Assembly (NCBI GenBank): GCA_947085405.1
Contig: CAMTWO010000024.1
Coordinates: 579-64,578 of the forward strand
Reading direction: 5' to 3'
DNA length: 64,000 bases
DNA from: an uncultured Ignavibacteriota bacterium
GTDB lineage: Bacteria > Bacteroidota > Ignavibacteria > UBA10030 > BY39
Positions 1 to 9,245 of this stretch are shown here, piece by piece. Each line of letters begins with the position of its first letter. The first letter of the stretch is position 1. A program made the translations under genes and the position numbers. Under the pieces are notes generated by a model. The model searched no databases and was not told where the DNA came from. It saw nothing but the letters and a program-made list of their open reading frames with translations.

Positions 1-1
1 A

Positions 2-3000
2 ATTACAGGTCAAGTTTGGTTTCGTGGAAATAATTTCCCTGTGAAGATAGGCGGACCGTGCATTACTTATGATCCGAATAATAATCCTAATGGTCCCTAT
101 AACATGTACATGGGCGGATTTGGTCCGAATAATGGAAAAGCATATTTGTATAAAAGTGAGAATGATGGTCAGTCATGGTCAAAGGTTCTGTCTTTCGAAC
201 AATTTCAAAATTCGTCAGGTTTTAATGGTGAAGGCATCACTTGCATAAGTATAAAAGAAGGCAATCCACATCATATATGGGTAGGGACAACTAATGGGAT
301 AGTGTTTACAACAAATGGAGGCGTAAACTGGAATCGTGTTTCAATACCGGGAGTTTCTACACCTTACGTTAAAAGAATTTTACTTAGAAAAGAAGGAAGT
401 ATTATAACGGGTGCAATGGTAACATGGGGGAAAAATAAAGACACAACCGGTATAGGTAGATTATTAACACCTAATTGGTCATACGAACCTTTAAATTCAA
501 ATTTTAAATCTGGTTTGGACCCAACACCATCAGACACAGGAAGCAGTTTGTATTCTGCGCTTGCGTTTGTTGATTCGTTGGAAAATGTGGTCATGGCTGG
601 TAAAGAAAGTAGACCATTTAGGAAAACAACAAATTTCGGATTTTCTTGGACAGGTGATCTTGTCCATCCCGATAAAATCCGTTTTTGGTATGACGATGCT
701 TCAATCAATAACATCCCGAAGCATTCAAACGAAGCTCAGAATCATCCCATTTCTCCGGATTACCAAAGTTATTCTGGTATGACTAGTTTGGTAAAAAATC
801 CAAATAATGGTTTGGGAAACCAATGGTATATGAGCGGAGGTAAAGGGGCACGAATGACAACACGAGGGATATCTCATCCTGATTCCGTCAGTGCTTCACG
901 CTGGAAATACACGGTCTTTGGACAAGCGATGACAGTAAATTATGATGTGGTATTTAATACTGTTAATTATACAGGTTATCCGAACGGACGGAAAGCTATC
1001 TATCTGCCCCTGTCCGATTGGACGATGGGCTGGACTTATCAGGATAGATTAAATAACATTGTATCTAACGGGATGATCAGTGATGCATTGTCTTATGATA
1101 GACAAAAGACTTTCCAATCGAATCTATCCGACACATATATTTCAAACGTCATACGAATACTAATTGATCCTGATAACCCTAATCTCAGTTATTGCGTAGG
1201 TGGCAGTGTCTATGGTTTTACAGCTGAAAATCGAAGAGCGGGATTTTATGTAAGAACATTGAATACTAACGGAACATTCACGACAGAGCGCAACACAACA
1301 CATCAGTTTTTGACAGATAACGACAGAGCAATAGTTGATGCAATTATATATAAAAAACCGGATAATGTAAACAGAATAATAGCCTTAGTGGGCGGAAATA
1401 GAGCATCGTATCCACCAGGTGGGACGATTGGTCTGTTTTATTCTGATAATGGAGGCGTGAGTTGGTCGCAAGGAACATTTACAGTCCAAAGTGGTGTGAT
1501 GGGTAAACAAACGATGCAGGCATATAACAATTCATTAATACCTGGTCTAAGATCTGGCTTGGATGGGTCGATAGGAGATCTCTTTAATGGTCATTTTTCA
1601 CTCTCATACGCAGGAGGTTCGTTAGTATACTTATGGCTTCAATCGGACACCACTAGCGGATCGTATGGAGGTGGATTGTTCATCTCGACTGATAATGGGG
1701 CAAATTGGGGTGCAGGTGCAGATATAGACAGTGGAAATATATATTGGGGTGCTGGTTCTTTGAAGTATATTGGAAATGACAGATTAGCTTTAGCATTTCG
1801 GGATTTTAGAACAACGCCAAAAGGATTATATATTGGGTCAATCAATAGAGCTAATAATGGAAGTGTCAGTTGGGCTGAATTTGGTGTCGTTGGACCCACT
1901 CGCTTTGCAAGTGCCGAACATCTTGATGTTAATTTAGACAGATGGGTAGTATATGGAAAAAGGGATGGTGATTTGTATAATCAAATCTATCTCTCAATTA
2001 ATAACGGTAATTGGCAAAGGATTGGGCCTCTTACACCGCAACACCTGCCCGGAGTTAAAAGTTTGAGAATAAGACCGGATAAAAATGAAATCTGGGTTGC
2101 AACAGGCGGACAAGGGGTGTGGAAATTTAACGACTTTGATCCAAGATTTACAGTCAAAGATGTAGGAATAAATACTGGCTGGAATATGTTAAGTGTTCCA
2201 TTAGAGATTTTTGATTTTAGAGCTAACTCTGTTTACAACAATCGAATACCATCTACAAGTGTTTTTACATATGATAACGGGAATTATATCATTAGCGACT
2301 CACTTACAAACGGAATTGGCTACTGGGTAAAATATTCTTCAAGCCAAAATATTAATTATGCCGGGTTATCAAAAAGTTTTATTGTTCCAGTTAAAGCCGG
2401 TTGGAATATGATCGGTTCGGTTGATCAGAATCTTCCAAAATCTAAAATATATTCTAATCCAGAAAACTTAATCATATCTAATTTCTACGGTTATGAAAAT
2501 AGTTATCACAATGCAGATACAATAAAATCTGGGAAAGGTTATTGGGTAAAAGCAAACTTGAGCGGTACTATTACACTTGATAGAAATTCAACCTATTCAA
2601 GAACACAATACCAATGTTCAGACGACTCTTTACCAAATCCGTCAGGTGCGCCGCCAATTCCAACACTTGTTTCACCCACCAACGGCAGCACCGGGATTTC
2701 GAATTATCCAACGTTGCGTTGGAAACGACCCGAGTCCATATCTTTAACTTACCGTTTGCAAATTTCTACAAACAGTTGTTATACAAATCTTCTCTACGAT
2801 GAATCATCAATATCTGATACATCAATACAAATCGGTTTATCTTACAACACAAAATATTATTGGCGGGTAACTGCAACGAATGATGTTACCACGAGCAGTT
2901 GGTCAAATACTTGGAACTTTACAACACGATCAGCGCCGCAGATTGATCCTTGCGACCCGGTCGTATCATCGCTTTCTTCTCTCGATAAATTTACTGTAAG

Positions 3001-3676
3001 AGGCGCAGATGGAAATAGTCAGGATATGTTCATTAGAAATGGTGCTAAGGGAATTAATTTAGGTATAAGCGATTTCGATATGCCGCCTTATCCACCTAAG
3101 AACCTTTTTAATGCACGGTTTCAATCGGATAAGTTTATAGAAACCATTCTTCCTAACGGGAAAATCAAAAAGATGCCAATTGTTATAAAGCATGCACAAT
3201 ATCCTGTTGAAATCAGTTGGGATGTAAAGGATGCAAATAATATAAACTATTGGATATATAAACCTGGTTCCAATAACGAAAAAGTGTCCCTCAGTGGTAA
3301 GGGTAAACTATCCGTTCCGAATACATCAAACGATATACTATTTGTAGAGGCCCAAGCAGCGTTACCAAGGCCTTGTGAATTTTATAAAATATCTACCGAA
3401 GAAAATATACCTGAAAACTTTTCATTATACCAGAACTATCCTAATCCCTTCAATCCAACAACAATAATCACATACGATTTACCTGAAAACAGTTATGTAA
3501 ACTTGAAAATATATGATGTTTTGGGCAGAGAAGTAGCAAAATTAGTAGAGGAATACCAAGAAGCCGGTTATAAATCTGTAGAATTTGATGCTTTAAATTT
3601 GACTAGCGGTGTTTATTTTTATAAATTAGTAGCAGGTAATTACACTTCAATCAAGAAAATGCTACTGTTACGTTAG
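2..3676 (+). CDS. Large secreted BNR/Asp-box (sialidase-like) repeat protein with fibronectin-III-like region and C-terminal T9SS sorting domain; 5' end outside window
   Basis: Frame is open from window position 2, and MKIGGP at 41 has no signal peptide, so the start is probably upstream. Repeated Asp-box motifs SxDxGxxW (SENDGQSWS, TTNGGVNWN, SDNGGVSWS, STDNGANWG). C-terminus NYPNPFNPTTIITYDLP...KIYDVLGREVAKLVEE...VYFYKLVAGNY...KKMLLLR is a type-A T9SS CTD. Confidence 0.8.
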   Translation: MTGQVWFRGNNFPVKIGGPCITYDPNNNPNGPYNMYMGGFGPNNGKAYLYKSENDGQSWSKVLSFEQFQNSSGFNGEGITCISIKEGNPHHIWVGTTNGIVFTTNGGVNWNRVSIPGVSTPYVKRILLRKEGSIITGAMVTWGKNKDTTGIGRLLTPNWSYEPLNSNFKSGLDPTPSDTGSSLYSALAFVDSLENVVMAGKESRPFRKTTNFGFSWTGDLVHPDKIRFWYDDASINNIPKHSNEAQNHPISPDYQSYSGMTSLVKNPNNGLGNQWYMSGGKGARMTTRGISHPDSVSASRWKYTVFGQAMTVNYDVVFNTVNYTGYPNGRKAIYLPLSDWTMGWTYQDRLNNIVSNGMISDALSYDRQKTFQSNLSDTYISNVIRILIDPDNPNLSYCVGGSVYGFTAENRRAGFYVRTLNTNGTFTTERNTTHQFLTDNDRAIVDAIIYKKPDNVNRIIALVGGNRASYPPGGTIGLFYSDNGGVSWSQGTFTVQSGVMGKQTMQAYNNSLIPGLRSGLDGSIGDLFNGHFSLSYAGGSLVYLWLQSDTTSGSYGGGLFISTDNGANWGAGADIDSGNIYWGAGSLKYIGNDRLALAFRDFRTTPKGLYIGSINRANNGSVSWAEFGVVGPTRFASAEHLDVNLDRWVVYGKRDGDLYNQIYLSINNGNWQRIGPLTPQHLPGVKSLRIRPDKNEIWVATGGQGVWKFNDFDPRFTVKDVGINTGWNMLSVPLEIFDFRANSVYNNRIPSTSVFTYDNGNYIISDSLTNGIGYWVKYSSSQNINYAGLSKSFIVPVKAGWNMIGSVDQNLPKSKIYSNPENLIISNFYGYENSYHNADTIKSGKGYWVKANLSGTITLDRNSTYSRTQYQCSDDSLPNPSGAPPIPTLVSPTNGSTGISNYPTLRWKRPESISLTYRLQISTNSCYTNLLYDESSISDTSIQIGLSYNTKYYWRVTATNDVTTSSWSNTWNFTTRSAPQIDPCDPVVSSLSSLDKFTVRGADGNSQDMFIRNGAKGINLGISDFDMPPYPPKNLFNARFQSDKFIETILPNGKIKKMPIVIKHAQYPVEISWDVKDANNINYWIYKPGSNNEKVSLSGKGKLSVPNTSNDILFVEAQAALPRPCEFYKISTEENIPENFSLYQNYPNPFNPTTIITYDLPENSYVNLKIYDVLGREVAKLVEEYQEAGYKSVEFDALNLTSGVYFYKLVAGNYTSIKKMLLLR

Positions 3677-3714
3677 AAAAAAATGAAATATGGCATAAAA
3701 ATAAGAGGAAGTAT

Positions 3715-5946
3715 ATGAAATTCGATGAACGGTGTAAGTCTAATCTTCTGAAAGCACAGGAAGAAGCTAAAACATTGCGCCACCAAAAAGTGGAACCCGA
3801 ACACATCCTCTGGGTAGAGTTGCAAGTGAACGAAGCAAGCTTTGTTGAGTTTTTAGGTTCTCAAAAAATTTCTAAAGCTCACGTTCAGGGTGTAATCAAA
3901 AAGAGAATGGAGGATTTGCCAAGGTCTGCAACCAGCGACACACGTGAAGCTTCGCCACGAATGAAAACCTGTTTTGAAAAAGCAAAAAGGGAAGATAGCC
4001 AAGATGTTAGCTGGAGAGACTTAGTCGTTGCCGTTGTCGAAATTGAGAACGACCCGCTCACTGAAGTTATTTGGGATTGTGCAATAACTCCTTATGAGTA
4101 TAAGAATTTTACTAAAGGCGAGAAAGAGCTTGCAACCGTAACGCTCGGTGAATCTGAAAAAGAAGATGTGCTTTCCAAGTTCTGCATCGATTTGGTTAAG
4201 CAAGCGCAGGAAGGAAAGTTAGGTGCTGTCATCGGCAGACAAACTGAGATTCGTCAAATTACAACGATTCTCTCTCAAAAAATGACAAACAATCCGATAC
4301 TTATCGGCGACGCCGGTGTTGGAAAAACTCATATTGTAGAAGGACTCGCAGTTAAGATTGCAGCCGGTGAAGCAGGTCCTATTTTAAATGGAAAGAAAAT
4401 TTTATCTCTTGATGTTGGATTGTTGTTAGCGGGTGCAAACTATCGCGGTGAATTCGAAGAGAGGTTGAAAGCGATTATTAAAGCAATTTCAGGACACAAA
4501 GGAAACACAATTCTTTTTGTGGATGAGATTCATACGCTAATGGGAGCCGGTCAAACATCAGGTGCGCTCGATGCGGCAAATTTAATTAAGCCAGCGCTAG
4601 CGCGCGGCGAGTTGTGGCTGATTGGTGCAACAACTTATGCTGAATACAGAAAACATATCGAGAAAGACCCAGCTTTTACTCGCCGTTTTGGAAGAGTGAA
4701 TGTCCCCGAGCCGACGCACGAGGAAACCGTTACAATATTAAAAGGAGTGCGTGAGAAATTTCAGAAACACCATCAAGCCACAGTTCCCGACGACCAGATT
4801 GAAACAATCGTTAGCTTGTCCGGCAGATATATCGGCGATAATCAATTTCCCGCTAAAGCAATTCAAACGCTCGATAACACACTTGCGCGAGTACGACTTG
4901 CAAATGTTCTGGGTGAACGCCCCGATATGGTTGTTACGAATGAAGATGTAGCAGTGTCGGTTGGTGAGAAAACTGGAATTCCAGTTGATAAAATATTTAA
5001 AGATGAATCTACACGATTGTTAGGTATTGAAGATGTTCTCAAGAAAGATGTTGTGGGTCAGGATGAGGTAATCAGCACAATTGCAAAACGCTTACGTATG
5101 ATGTCGTTACCATTCCGTGATTCTGTCCGCCCAAGAGGAATCTTCTTATTTATAGGTCCATCAGGTGTTGGCAAAACTTATCTTGCTAAACAAATTGCGA
5201 TTGAACTATATGCCAGCTCGAAACAGTTGGTCCGTTTGGATATGTCGGAATACACTGATGAGCACACTTCTCGCCGACTCGTTGGTGCTGACCCCGGTTT
5301 GGTAGGTTACGAAGAAGGCGGTGTTCTCACTGAAGCCATTCGCCGCAGGCCTTATTCAATGGTGCTGTTGGATGAAATTGATAAGGCACATAAAAAAGTG
5401 TGTAACCTGTTCCTGCAAGTTTTTGATGAGGGCAGGTTGACCGATAGTCAGGGACATACGATTAATTTTTCGAACACGGTATTTATTCTTACATCCAATT
5501 ACGGTTTTACCGGAGCTGATATTGATGTCGCTAAAATCGATGAGAGCCAACAAGCACAGAAAGCGCTCGACCATTTCAAACGACACCTTGGACCCGAATT
5601 TATTAAACGTATGGACGAAGTCGTGGTTTTCAAATTCCTCAAACCTGAAGATGTACATAGAGTTGTTGACCAAAAATTAGCTTCCTACAGTCAGGAGTTT
5701 TCAAAATCGCCGGGCGGTCATCCGGTTAATATCGAACTCCTGCCGGAAGCGAGAGAACTTATTGTAAAGAACGGTTATCAGAAAGAATTCGGAGCCCGTT
5801 CAATCACTACTTTTATAGATACAGAATTAGCAAGTATAATGGCGACTGAAATTCTGAAGCGCCGACAACAGAAAGGAGGTATGTATATCCCGGATAAAAT
5901 ATTAATAACTACAAAGGACTCTATCTTAGATGTTGTCATTGATTAA
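3715..5946 (+). CDS. ClpV/ClpA-like double-AAA+ ATPase (Clp_N repeats, two nucleotide-binding domains, no long M-domain); candidate sheath-recycling ATPase of the adjacent contractile system
   Basis: Walker A GDAGVGKT (D1) and GPSGVGKT (D2), Walker B ILFVDEIH and MVLLDEIDKAH, sensor motif GLVGYEEGG, N-terminal Clp_N repeats. Only a ~40-aa linker between D1 and D2 (743 aa total), unlike ClpB. AGAGGA RBS 6 nt upstream of ATG. Confidence 0.8.
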   Translation: MKFDERCKSNLLKAQEEAKTLRHQKVEPEHILWVELQVNEASFVEFLGSQKISKAHVQGVIKKRMEDLPRSATSDTREASPRMKTCFEKAKREDSQDVSWRDLVVAVVEIENDPLTEVIWDCAITPYEYKNFTKGEKELATVTLGESEKEDVLSKFCIDLVKQAQEGKLGAVIGRQTEIRQITTILSQKMTNNPILIGDAGVGKTHIVEGLAVKIAAGEAGPILNGKKILSLDVGLLLAGANYRGEFEERLKAIIKAISGHKGNTILFVDEIHTLMGAGQTSGALDAANLIKPALARGELWLIGATTYAEYRKHIEKDPAFTRRFGRVNVPEPTHEETVTILKGVREKFQKHHQATVPDDQIETIVSLSGRYIGDNQFPAKAIQTLDNTLARVRLANVLGERPDMVVTNEDVAVSVGEKTGIPVDKIFKDESTRLLGIEDVLKKDVVGQDEVISTIAKRLRMMSLPFRDSVRPRGIFLFIGPSGVGKTYLAKQIAIELYASSKQLVRLDMSEYTDEHTSRRLVGADPGLVGYEEGGVLTEAIRRRPYSMVLLDEIDKAHKKVCNLFLQVFDEGRLTDSQGHTINFSNTVFILTSNYGFTGADIDVAKIDESQQAQKALDHFKRHLGPEFIKRMDEVVVFKFLKPEDVHRVVDQKLASYSQEFSKSPGGHPVNIELLPEARELIVKNGYQKEFGARSITTFIDTELASIMATEILKRRQQKGGMYIPDKILITTKDSILDVVID

Positions 5947-6022
5947 AAGATGGATACAAAAATTATTTGGAAAGAAAGTATCAAATAAAAAAATATCTAA
6001 CAACAAAAATAAAGGAATAACC

Positions 6023-6559
6023 ATGGGTAAAACACAAGATGTCGACAAAGCTCGACGAATACTTCCCACAAATGCTGCACCGGGAGTTGCTGAACTTAAC
6101 AGTAACTTCACTACAATAATCGCTTCGGTTAATCCTGAGACTGCCGGTGAAGATTGCACACCCGTAGAATGTGGTTCGGTTGCAGAGGTTGCAGCTAACT
6201 TCAAACCTAAAGTTGACCTCGAAATTAAAAAGCTCGACAAGTTAGGAGCCGATAAGGTCGAAGAATCAACCGCAACTGTAACGATGAACTACGGCGAAGA
6301 ACCATCGCAGATCATGGATGATTTCGGGGCTGAAAACATTGCCGTAAAAGCAAAATCTTCCGAAGGCGAAAGAGTTTTGCTCGATCAGCAGCTCTCGTAT
6401 CTTGCATTAGAGGATTTACAGGAGCGTTTAAAAGATCAAAAAGTAGCTCAACTCTTCCAGAACAACAAAGAAGCTTTAATTCAAACCCTCGAGGCAGAAA
6501 TTGAGCGGATGAAGAAATTGATCGAAGATGTAAAATTAGAATCTCTCGGTGGAGATTAA
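6023..6559 (+). CDS. Hypothetical protein with C-terminal coiled coil; possible TssB-like small sheath subunit
   Basis: ATG at 6023 preceded by AAAGGAATAA. The upstream in-frame ATG at 5930 overlaps the ATPase gene. The segment VTMNYGEEPSQIMDDFGAENIAVKA...LLDQQLSYLALEDLQERLKD resembles the TssB/VipA conserved core (LNF.SLADF.PD.V...L..L.ELR..L). Similarity is weak. Confidence 0.4.
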   Translation: MGKTQDVDKARRILPTNAAPGVAELNSNFTTIIASVNPETAGEDCTPVECGSVAEVAANFKPKVDLEIKKLDKLGADKVEESTATVTMNYGEEPSQIMDDFGAENIAVKAKSSEGERVLLDQQLSYLALEDLQERLKDQKVAQLFQNNKEALIQTLEAEIERMKKLIEDVKLESLGGD

Positions 6560-6611
6560 CTAAATAATTAATAACAAAACTATTAACAATAATCCTTAAG
6601 GAGAAATAACT

Positions 6612-7031
6612 ATGCCACAACCAAAATCTGTAAAGATCAGCGGGGTTGAAATAGACGAAGTCGAAGGTGTAACTCTGAATATTGATACACCCACCGGTCC
6701 AAGAGGAGACTATGATGGACGGACCTGTGCCGCAACTGTAGAATTATACAGACGAGCTCGCAACACACCGACAAGTGAGATGTTTAAACTTGCCACAAAT
6801 GAAGATGGTCGTTTAAAAATTATTGAAGGAACGATTGTTCTACAGGATGCCGAGCTTAAAGAAACATACACAATCGAGATGAAGGAAGCATACATAAGTA
6901 GTTGGGAATTCCATCAACCCCCCGAAGATACCGATATGTACGAAACGATAAAATTTAAAGTCGGTAAAATGTCGCTATCAGGCGGTGGAAAATCTAAAAC
7001 ATTCAGTGTTCCTGAATTTAAACGCAAGTAA
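6612..7031 (+). CDS. Contractile-system inner tube protein (Hcp / phage tail tube-like), paralog 1
   Basis: 139 aa, strong AAGGAG RBS. N-terminal pattern SVKISGVEIDEVEGVTLNIDTP resembles the tail-tube signature (F.V.IDG......V.GL). Clear paralog of the next gene (shared ATNEDGR, GTI, KVG..........GGKG). Confidence 0.5.
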   Translation: MPQPKSVKISGVEIDEVEGVTLNIDTPTGPRGDYDGRTCAATVELYRRARNTPTSEMFKLATNEDGRLKIIEGTIVLQDAELKETYTIEMKEAYISSWEFHQPPEDTDMYETIKFKVGKMSLSGGGKSKTFSVPEFKRK

Positions 7032-7049
7032 AGGAAAGGAGATAATAAA

Positions 7050-7469
7050 ATGATAAAAGATTATGCAATAAAACTAAACGGGGTTACAATCCCTAATGTT
7101 CAAGAAGTACGAGTGCGCATCGAAACACCCGGAGATTCACGTGGTATCTACAGAGAGCCAACCTTTGCTGCTACAATCAACATTACCCGTGATGCAAGCA
7201 ATAATGCAATCGTGGATGCGTTTGGTATGGCAACTAACGAAGACGGCAGGAAGAACATTCTTACGAGCGGTACTATCGAATGTCATGGTGACGATGTAAA
7301 AGATAACTATGCTTTCGAGATCAAGAAAGCTTTTATGTCACGATGGTCGCTTATTAATCCTATAAAACCCGAATTACCTACGCTTGAATCATTTGAAATA
7401 AAAGTTGGAGAATTAGATTATAAAGCTGGCGGTAAAGGTGCGAAATTTGCACTCAAAGCTTTTAAATAA
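7050..7469 (+). CDS. Contractile-system inner tube protein (Hcp / phage tail tube-like), paralog 2
   Basis: 139 aa, RBS AAAGGAG. About 35% identical to the 6612-7031 product across the full length. Confidence 0.5.
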   Translation: MIKDYAIKLNGVTIPNVQEVRVRIETPGDSRGIYREPTFAATINITRDASNNAIVDAFGMATNEDGRKNILTSGTIECHGDDVKDNYAFEIKKAFMSRWSLINPIKPELPTLESFEIKVGELDYKAGGKGAKFALKAFK

Positions 7470-7504
7470 AATTGAACAAATAAATATCATGAAAGGATAG
7501 AACC

Positions 7505-8935
7505 ATGCCAGATGAAAAAGATAAAACTCAGGTTCGTGAAACAACTGCTGTAGCTATAAAAACGAATGAACTCGCCGCTATACTTGGTCCAAAAACCGGG
7601 TCATTGCTTCCTGACGGAGTTGCACTAAAGATTTTACCCTCTGCAAAAGATTTCCCGATGGAAAATATGCAAACTTCTAAGGAGTCGGTCGCAAAGCCAC
7701 TGAAGATTACCCGCTCTAAAGCCGACGTAAACGCGGGCTATGTTTATCTTAAGCGATTAGAAGTGCTTAAAGATATGCTTGCCGGCGCGGCTGACCTTGC
7801 AACTCTGCGAGCTCGTGTAAAAGAAAGACGTGAAATGGTTTCTCAAGTATTCCAACAGAACATGGCAGCATTTTTTGCAAAACAACGTGGGCTGGAAAAA
7901 ACATACAGAGAACTCGACACGTTTTTCTATGAATCGCGCCTCAACCCGGGTGAAGCCGTAGCTTATGTCTCAATAGTCAATGCACACGCCGACCGTGATT
8001 TCAATGCGATAATGGATCCTGAAACGGGTCTTGCTGCAAGATTTCCTAACCGTGAAAACTTCGATATGAAAAGCTTAATCGGTATGTTTGTAATTCCGGA
8101 TTGGCCCGGAAGCGAAGCAAAACTTTCTAAGTATGGAGAACTTGCAAACCACAGTATGGCTCACCTCTTCTGCGGTTTCCCGGATATGTCAATTAAAGAA
8201 GCGCAAGAGTTGTTCGATGTTGGCGGTGATTTAGCTGAACTGAAATCTACAGACCCGATTAAACAACACATCTCCGTAGTTGCTAATCCGCTTAGAATAC
8301 GCCGTGCAAATCGCTTCGAGAAGGAACTTGGAGACTTTTATATTAACCCTGCAGGTATTCTTGCCGGTAAGATATACAAAGGCGATATCAAAGAAGGCAT
8401 CCATATTGCCCAGGCAAATAAACCACACGAAATAAAAATACCAACACCAGACGGCTCACCGTTAGAAATGAAGTGGAACATACGCGGTGGTCAGCAGATG
8501 AAGTTCAATAAAGCATTGATTCCTGTTGCATTTTATGAAGGACTTGTGTTCTGGGGTGTAGATACATTGTATTTAGCCGGCGGTCAAGGTGACGAAGGAA
8601 TGGACCAGTACACTGTAAAACGGTGCGATGAGTACATTGCTAAAGTTGTTCTACATTATCTCAACGGCCGCACATTCGTTCCAAATGAGCAGTCAAGCCG
8701 TGACCAGATTCAATCAGCAGTGCAAAAATTCCTGATGCACAACACCGGCGGTCCTGCAAAGATGCTTGAGTATGGTAAGGTTGACGGCGTTGAGGTAGTT
8801 ACCAATCCGGATGGCTCTGTGAACAATCAGGCAATTGATATTCGTATAAATGTTAAATACAAGAATGCGATACGCCAGTTGAACATGTTTCTGGTTTCTA
8901 CAGATTCAGAGCATTGGAAAGAAGGTAGTAAGTAA
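7505..8935 (+). CDS. Contractile sheath protein (TssC / phage sheath-like)
   Basis: 476 aa, the size of Bacteroidota-type TssC. Sits immediately downstream of the two tube genes and upstream of the spike and baseplate genes. Strong RBS GAAAGGA. Followed by two hairpin terminators. Confidence 0.55.
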   Translation: MPDEKDKTQVRETTAVAIKTNELAAILGPKTGSLLPDGVALKILPSAKDFPMENMQTSKESVAKPLKITRSKADVNAGYVYLKRLEVLKDMLAGAADLATLRARVKERREMVSQVFQQNMAAFFAKQRGLEKTYRELDTFFYESRLNPGEAVAYVSIVNAHADRDFNAIMDPETGLAARFPNRENFDMKSLIGMFVIPDWPGSEAKLSKYGELANHSMAHLFCGFPDMSIKEAQELFDVGGDLAELKSTDPIKQHISVVANPLRIRRANRFEKELGDFYINPAGILAGKIYKGDIKEGIHIAQANKPHEIKIPTPDGSPLEMKWNIRGGQQMKFNKALIPVAFYEGLVFWGVDTLYLAGGQGDEGMDQYTVKRCDEYIAKVVLHYLNGRTFVPNEQSSRDQIQSAVQKFLMHNTGGPAKMLEYGKVDGVEVVTNPDGSVNNQAIDIRINVKYKNAIRQLNMFLVSTDSEHWKEGSK

Positions 8936-8986
8936 TTTTTTAACCGTTCCTCCAAAGGGTGACAAGTAAAACGGTTAGTTAAACTA

Positions 8987-9014
8987 CTTAGTGTCCGTCA
9001 GTTGACGGACTAAG
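8987..9014 (+). terminator. Stem-loop (cttagtgtccgtca g ttgacggactaag) downstream of the sheath gene
   Basis: A perfect 8-bp core palindrome gtccgtca/tgacggac extended by ctta/taag, followed by a T-rich tract (ctctttgtg). Confidence 0.5.
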
Positions 9015-9123
9015 TGCTCTTTGTGAATAAGTGGTAACTGATGTTATGCATTCAAAGTTATCGTGTCTCAATAGCCCCGAACTTCACAGGTCGTGTGATA
9101 ACTGTAGGAACTCATCCCCCGAC

Positions 9124-9160
9124 CCCTTCTCTTGCCAAGAGAAGGGGGAATTGGATTTTT
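9124..9160 (+). terminator. Rho-independent terminator-like hairpin (ccccttctcttg/caagagaagggg) followed by a T-run
   Basis: A perfect 12-bp inverted repeat at 9124-9148, then gaattggattttt. This is the second hairpin in the 310-bp gap between the sheath and spike genes. Confidence 0.55.
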
Positions 9161-9245
9161 CTCCGCGGGGTTGAGTTCATTATATATACTTTTTACACAA
9201 CCCCTTAATAACTTACTATTTTATAATTAGATAATCAGGTGACTT

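Noticed and set aside
364-782. Small ORFs 364-714 (-) and 561-782 (+)
   Set aside because: Both are fully embedded in the 1211-aa BNR protein gene on overlapping frames, with no RBS or motif support; this applies to most listed ORFs under 110 aa that fall inside larger genes.
3715-5946. Housekeeping ClpB chaperone
   Set aside because: There is no coiled-coil middle domain and the protein is only 743 aa; the genomic context is tube/sheath genes.
5930-6022. Upstream ATG at 5930 as the start of the 6559-ending ORF
   Set aside because: It would overlap the ATPase gene by 17 nt and encode a Lys/Asn-rich low-complexity leader. The ATG at 6023 has a proper AAAGGA RBS.
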